NCBI GenBank assembly: GCA_001643675.2
Contig: LSRY02000002.1
Span: 1,240,001-1,304,000, forward strand
DNA length: 64,000 nucleotides
Direction of reading: 5' to 3'
Source of the DNA: Monocercomonoides exilis PA203
Taxonomy: Eukaryota; Protista; Preaxostyla
Shown here piece by piece: positions 60,201 to 64,000 of the stretch (position 1 is the stretch's first letter; each line of letters opens with the position of its first letter). Under the pieces are notes generated by a model. It ran no database searches and was not told where the DNA came from. It was given only the letters and a program-made list of their open reading frames with translations. The translations under genes were made by a program, and so were the position numbers.

Positions 60201-63200
60201 CTGAGGGTGAAGCAGTTGAGGAGGATGTGCGTGTGGATGCAAAGCGAGCATTGCTTACAGTCATCAGCATTAAGACAATGCGGTCTTGCTCTGCCAAGGG
60301 CATGATCGATACAGGATCGCGATACACAAACCATCGAAGCTCTGCATCCCTCTCCAAAATGCTTCTTTCCTCCCAGTCAAGATCCTTCTTCACCAAAACA
60401 TGATCACGCGAAGACGAAGAAAGATCCAATGATGATTCGCTTGATGAGTCCATTTTTGTCTCTTTTGACAATTCACTTGCTGTTTCGTCTTTCTTTTCTT
60501 TCGCTTTTTCTTTTGCCGAAAGCAGCTCTTCGTCACTCAGAACACCTTCTGCTATTTTCATCAGGATTTTCAGTGCAGTCAATCTGATTTCTTCAGACGC
60601 TTCGCTGTGTGCAGCTACAGCACCGATAAGTTTCAGCCCCGAGAACGGTCCTTTGCTTCGTCCAAAGAACGATGTGAAGTAATGGCGATGCATCTCGCTG
60701 ACTGATATATCCTCAAGCATCGCATTGAGAATGGAAAGAATAACTAAGTCTGCATCTGACACTTCGATTCGTATTCTCTCTGTCTGCATAAGCCACGTGC
60801 TGAGGAACAGAGAGAATCGAGAATACTCTTCATTCACATTCAGAACAGGTGATTGGACCATTGAAGAGATCTCAGGCAATCTATCATCGATTGGCACTGT
60901 ATCTGGGAAACTATCCAAAATCGGGAAAATCTCTCCTTCTTCGTCAACTTCATCGTCTGAAAATACGCCAATAAGAACAGACGAAAGTTCATATCTGGAA
61001 AAACATTTTGAACTCCCAGTAAATAAAGAGCCGCGACGTAGATGAATCGGCTTAAGAGGAGCAATTGAGGAAACTTTATAAAACGAACTGAGAATGTTTG
61101 ATGGAATTGCCTTTCGAAAATCAAAAGCAGATGAATCAACAAAAGAAATTTTATTTGTAATTCCAATAATTTCATTCGTTTTTTCCGCTTTTTTGTTTTC
61201 ATAAAGATCTCTTTTCACTTTCATTTCGTAAATTTCTTGCTTTGCTATGTGCAGCAAAGTTAGTATTCTCGTTGACAAATCAGAAATATCCTTGTATTGT
61301 GTTGAGCACATCTCTGTTAATAAAACAATAGTTTCTTTCATTTGCTTCTTTCCTCCACACAAACGAACAACACACAATGCACATCCAGCAGACATCAGGA
61401 GGAGATAAATAATGCTAAGACACAATCTGAGATCGGAATGACTGCAGATCGCAACTGAATTGCAGGTGTGAACCAGCAAAAGAACAATGATGCCATCTGA
61501 GAAAGCTGTTCGTGAATCTTCGTCTGCTGGTGCACATTCATCATCCAAAGAAAGTGAGCATTCCATTCGAGGCTTATTGCAAAATGGGCAGCTTACGCAA
61601 AAAGGCAAAAGAGCATCGATTGCTGCCTGAAATGGGGGTGATTCTTCAAGTGTTTGAGCAATGCATGCAGCTGGACACACCAGCAAAGCAGAATGGAACG
61701 CACGGAGAGCTGCTTTTCTGATTTCCATTGAATCGTGAAGAACATTTTCAAGGACAATGTGAGTGAAAGAAGGGACGCACACAAGCTTCAGTGCTGCAAT
61801 TGGATTCAATTGGCAGCACAATGCGATGATGCTGAGTGCAGAATGAACAATCTGGAGATCTTCAGATCGAGCAGAGCAAAGAACCATGAGTAGTGTTTGC
61901 GGGCAGTCAGAAGCCATTTTCAAGCACGCATTGTTGCATGCGTTCGTGTTGTTAGTTGAATTCTTAATACTTGAAATATGCTTTGAGCTCTGGTTTTCTG
62001 TTTCTTTCGCATAAATGATATCGCTAACCAGTGGAGAATGAGAAAATATGTTGAATCTGCAAGCTTCTTCAAACATCCTCAGATTCACCAGAAGATGATA
62101 GTTCTCAATCGACGTGAGAGTAGAACTTGTCGGGTAATTCATCATTCCACACAAAATATCCTTCTGAGTTGCATTTTCCTGGTCTTTCTCTTTTGTTTCT
62201 GTGAGAGGCGAGGAGAATAATCGTGTCGTGCTGAGTGGATTGTGCATTGTTGCGTCTCGAATGCGTGGGATGCGTGGGATGCTCAATGCATTGTCCATTC
62301 GAAATTCAGGATCAGAATGAACCATTGCTGTGAAATGATAGCGCAAGTTGTTTGCAACAGCAGGCAGCACGAAACGCCTGATAAGTGAGAGCATTGCATT
62401 TTGATTCAAGTAGTTGCCTGCATTCAGAATGTGATGGGCATGCTTTGAATTCAGAACAACCGGCTTTGGATCTCTGGGAGGAGACGGCGAACGACTCTTG
62501 GAAGCAGAATGGATTCGATGGTGCTTGTCATTTTGTGCAGAAGAAGATGGTGATGAAGACGAGGGCGAAGACGAAGATGGACTTGTTTCAAAAGTAGGTA
62601 AAGAAGAGGCTGTGAGCGAGGTGACCAAAGCTGAAGCGGAAGAAGCAACATCCGGAGGAGAAGAAATGCTGTTTTCCGAATAAGATGAAGAAGCCAAGAC
62701 TGCTGGAGATTCTATTTTCGCTTCTTTGAAAGAAGCATTTGATTGACTGTGTTTTTTATTTATCTTTTGCAATTCTGTAATTACGTTCTTATTTGTTATT
62801 TCTCTATTTTGTATTTGTCCATCTTTTTTTCCATTCTTCATTTTGGTCAATTCGCAACTTTCAGAATTTGAATCAACAGTACGTTTTGGGACATATTCAC
62901 TTTCAGAAAGTTCATCTCCTTTCTTTACTTTTGATGATTCCATTTCAATTGTACCAGTTTCAATTGAAGACATCAGGCCATCTAACTCTTCGGAAATAAT
63001 GAACTTTTTCCCAGACTTTACATCATTTTTCATTGATTGAAGCTCTTTTGAATAAGAATTTGAAGATGATGGCGAAGCCGCTTCTTCTAAACCTCTGATC
63101 TTGTTTAATCTGCTCACAACCGCCGAAGAACGAACATCATACCAGAAAGTCTCCTTTTTCATCACTCGGCCAAGTATCATTCCCAGCATAATCACACAGC

Positions 63201-64000
63201 AAAAGAATGACACAAAAAGAGGATGCTCGTGTGTGGACTTCATCGAGCTGAAGCACATCCTGAGTCTACGCAAAGTGCTTTTCTCTTCCTTGTTTTCTTT
63301 GTTTGTATCCTTACTAAACGAGAAGGGTGTGCATGTGAACGGCTGCCATCCAGTCATTTTTGTGACATCGCTGTGTGCAGCCAGAGAGAAAAACATCGAG
63401 AAAGGCTGGCACGAAATTGCAATAAATCTCCTGATGAATGGTGAAACAGATGTCAAATTCGCCAGCAAACGACCTGATGGCAGAATTAAATCAAGCGGAC
63501 TTCGAGGATTTATGAGGATGTGAACAAGACAATGAAGAATAGAAATCTGTCTGAAAGACGGCTGCTCCATTTCAAAGTAAGACGGGGGCTTGCGTGGATG
63601 CTGTTTGCTGTGTGATGTTGAGTGTTTTTGTGTTGTTGTTGAAGACTTCTTTTCTTCGGTCTTTGTTTCTTTTTCCGTGTTCGTTTTGTTGGGATTGTCA
63701 GATGAAGCACTAATATCCTTTCCAACTGACTGAGTCGATTTTGTAAGCTTTGATAGACCTGCTGATGAGGGCGGCTGTAAAACAGAGGAAGGTGAAGAGT
63801 TCTGCTCAGCAGATGATGGTGAAGGTGCAGACGAATCTTCCATTTCATCAATATCATCATCTTCTTCTTCTTTGCTGGATCCAACAGTCAATGCCGAACA
63901 TAGGTATTTCATCCATGATGGGTTTCGCTGTATCGAATGGCTGATAATTAGCAGCATGGTGTATAGTCTACCAAGATCAGGAGGAGATAATAAATTGACA
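57223..64000 (-). CDS. Large (>2240 aa) ARM/HEAT-like helical-repeat protein, 5' end beyond the window
   Basis: Uninterrupted ORF running to the window edge. Helical-repeat-like segments include EIRKAALRAFHSAL, IVEAALWILSCL and LYGSACCALSNLL, separated by low-complexity inserts. Confidence 0.72.
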   Translation of the reverse strand, partial: VNLLSPPDLGRLYTMLLIISHSIQRNPSWMKYLCSALTVGSSKEEEDDDIDEMEDSSAPSPSSAEQNSSPSSVLQPPSSAGLSKLTKSTQSVGKDISASSDNPNKTNTEKETKTEEKKSSTTTQKHSTSHSKQHPRKPPSYFEMEQPSFRQISILHCLVHILINPRSPLDLILPSGRLLANLTSVSPFIRRFIAISCQPFSMFFSLAAHSDVTKMTGWQPFTCTPFSFSKDTNKENKEEKSTLRRLRMCFSSMKSTHEHPLFVSFFCCVIMLGMILGRVMKKETFWYDVRSSAVVSRLNKIRGLEEAASPSSSNSYSKELQSMKNDVKSGKKFIISEELDGLMSSIETGTIEMESSKVKKGDELSESEYVPKRTVDSNSESCELTKMKNGKKDGQIQNREITNKNVITELQKINKKHSQSNASFKEAKIESPAVLASSSYSENSISSPPDVASSASALVTSLTASSLPTFETSPSSSSPSSSSPSSSAQNDKHHRIHSASKSRSPSPPRDPKPVVLNSKHAHHILNAGNYLNQNAMLSLIRRFVLPAVANNLRYHFTAMVHSDPEFRMDNALSIPRIPRIRDATMHNPLSTTRLFSSPLTETKEKDQENATQKDILCGMMNYPTSSTLTSIENYHLLVNLRMFEEACRFNIFSHSPLVSDIIYAKETENQSSKHISSIKNSTNNTNACNNACLKMASDCPQTLLMVLCSARSEDLQIVHSALSIIALCCQLNPIAALKLVCVPSFTHIVLENVLHDSMEIRKAALRAFHSALLVCPAACIAQTLEESPPFQAAIDALLPFCVSCPFCNKPRMECSLSLDDECAPADEDSRTAFSDGIIVLLLVHTCNSVAICSHSDLRLCLSIIYLLLMSAGCALCVVRLCGGKKQMKETIVLLTEMCSTQYKDISDLSTRILTLLHIAKQEIYEMKVKRDLYENKKAEKTNEIIGITNKISFVDSSAFDFRKAIPSNILSSFYKVSSIAPLKPIHLRRGSLFTGSSKCFSRYELSSVLIGVFSDDEVDEEGEIFPILDSFPDTVPIDDRLPEISSMVQSPVLNVNEEYSRFSLFLSTWLMQTERIRIEVSDADLVILSILNAMLEDISVSEMHRHYFTSFFGRSKGPFSGLKLIGAVAAHSEASEEIRLTALKILMKIAEGVLSDEELLSAKEKAKEKKDETASELSKETKMDSSSESSLDLSSSSRDHVLVKKDLDWEERSILERDAELRWFVYRDPVSIMPLAEQDRIVLMLMTVSNARFASTRTSSSTASPSAGKGTSSYCVYDEIDEADREESEKIEINRYHHILCTNTLEKGIRCFSQPTSLSDSSIRRKFNFFADRLNYHSFKERRESELHKLSSGMVGSFATALTPDWSPNPLSYVSVEEADTKRALNLYIMFLLSTRGVGLWRLREEDTVMNLVNFILSNLELDNNIQCESQDGKLIVNHTDDISLQTVSKSVGDEVGKEFADGDDNRDLTIATLKSENGKNGKDSQLQRKRLEIPYQDIVEAALWILSCLTEREGKKERNPSGGEWSSLSCAANEDDVAIDTANDEVDSKELTNNEELKDDGNELDDERDDEAGGEDSSSNIDEDDERGDEADEGKRKSNAEQEGIDDQLLPDQLPTIDEVDPSLFSASAASPSNVPSDSAFNQESQKGEIKKKKSTKKRKQKSRDSQKSRQSYSSSLLSTGVIESILECVSSPFASPRLYGSACCALSNLLSSSLSCQRLFVVFNGISVLDRMLSVSCDLATLFHIFSCFAVVLNGMVESIRFFKMHSIHLKAQAILRFISASSCLNNNTTASATSCSSHSSAYANSDFYMFPSFLPFTDIHCIPPNRLGEEWKATMGPMPSLHPPVAMSCGDGICSESSILKASSSFNRMMQHLSLIVAQPERMICGKRAAIQNQLWLERMKSSLTSSRKRRMRMMKEIGKGSNKQSFGVSANIGPMHSILSTKPDEMSISKASSAPLDADMSPEFLSAPHSSCSQKSSDSANSSAFSQEIVIVDDDSDIEASRPSSFCPFCLRRKGRITRRTRRNDLLRWSVKSGGLGADREHTCDCIQCGGDIWPIEEDWTEFEKQLEEEYKSTMEETLNSDEINLNIKEEDIRASELDLYKTIIEAEALEEESAEQSSSLPASGSSSASTMGISSLFSKSQSHIEMYLYESFEREAQITSIQASQKRKREEYIFYVPLPTALSLVLSDVLAKCAPLFLENKETCSKNLNKFHWHASNSCEDAASFLNFCPSVDLEVERVPKTRRALFKPSKNH

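Noticed and set aside
1-64000. Alternative genetic code, CRISPR arrays, rRNA or tRNA genes
   Set aside because: TAA, TAG and TGA all end genes and long ORFs are open in the standard code. I saw no repeat-spacer array or recognisable structural RNA by eye; tRNAscan-SE/Infernal would be needed to exclude small RNAs.

Overview
AT-rich, gene-dense, intron-rich eukaryotic DNA read in the standard genetic code. Gene content, poly-Ser/acidic expansions, GT(T/A/G)TG donors and a giant beta-helix receptor pseudokinase suggest a flagellated protist, most likely an oxymonad such as Monocercomonoides (inference, no search run). I hand-spliced about 13 genes. Left arm: BBS9, a tail-anchored charged-helix protein, an F-box/RCC1-like protein, LSM8, a disordered protein, a copine/RGLG-type vWA protein, an OB-fold/UBZ/U-box protein and a 2537-aa receptor-like pseudokinase. 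Right arm: an Arf-family GTPase, PIG-O, an IQ-like protein, a DHX57/29/36-type DEAH helicase and a partial ARM/HEAT-like protein. Between them is an ~8 kb gene-free island (30007-38101) of DNA transposons. It holds a complete decayed pogo-like element with TIRs and TA duplications, a 1.47 kb nested foldback palindrome and several MITE-like inverted repeats. The most interesting leads are the foldback/TE island, the adjacent acylated copine + U-box pair (a possible split RGLG-like ligase), the receptor pseudokinase and a KASH-like tail-anchored protein. Exon boundaries are manual predictions without transcript support.
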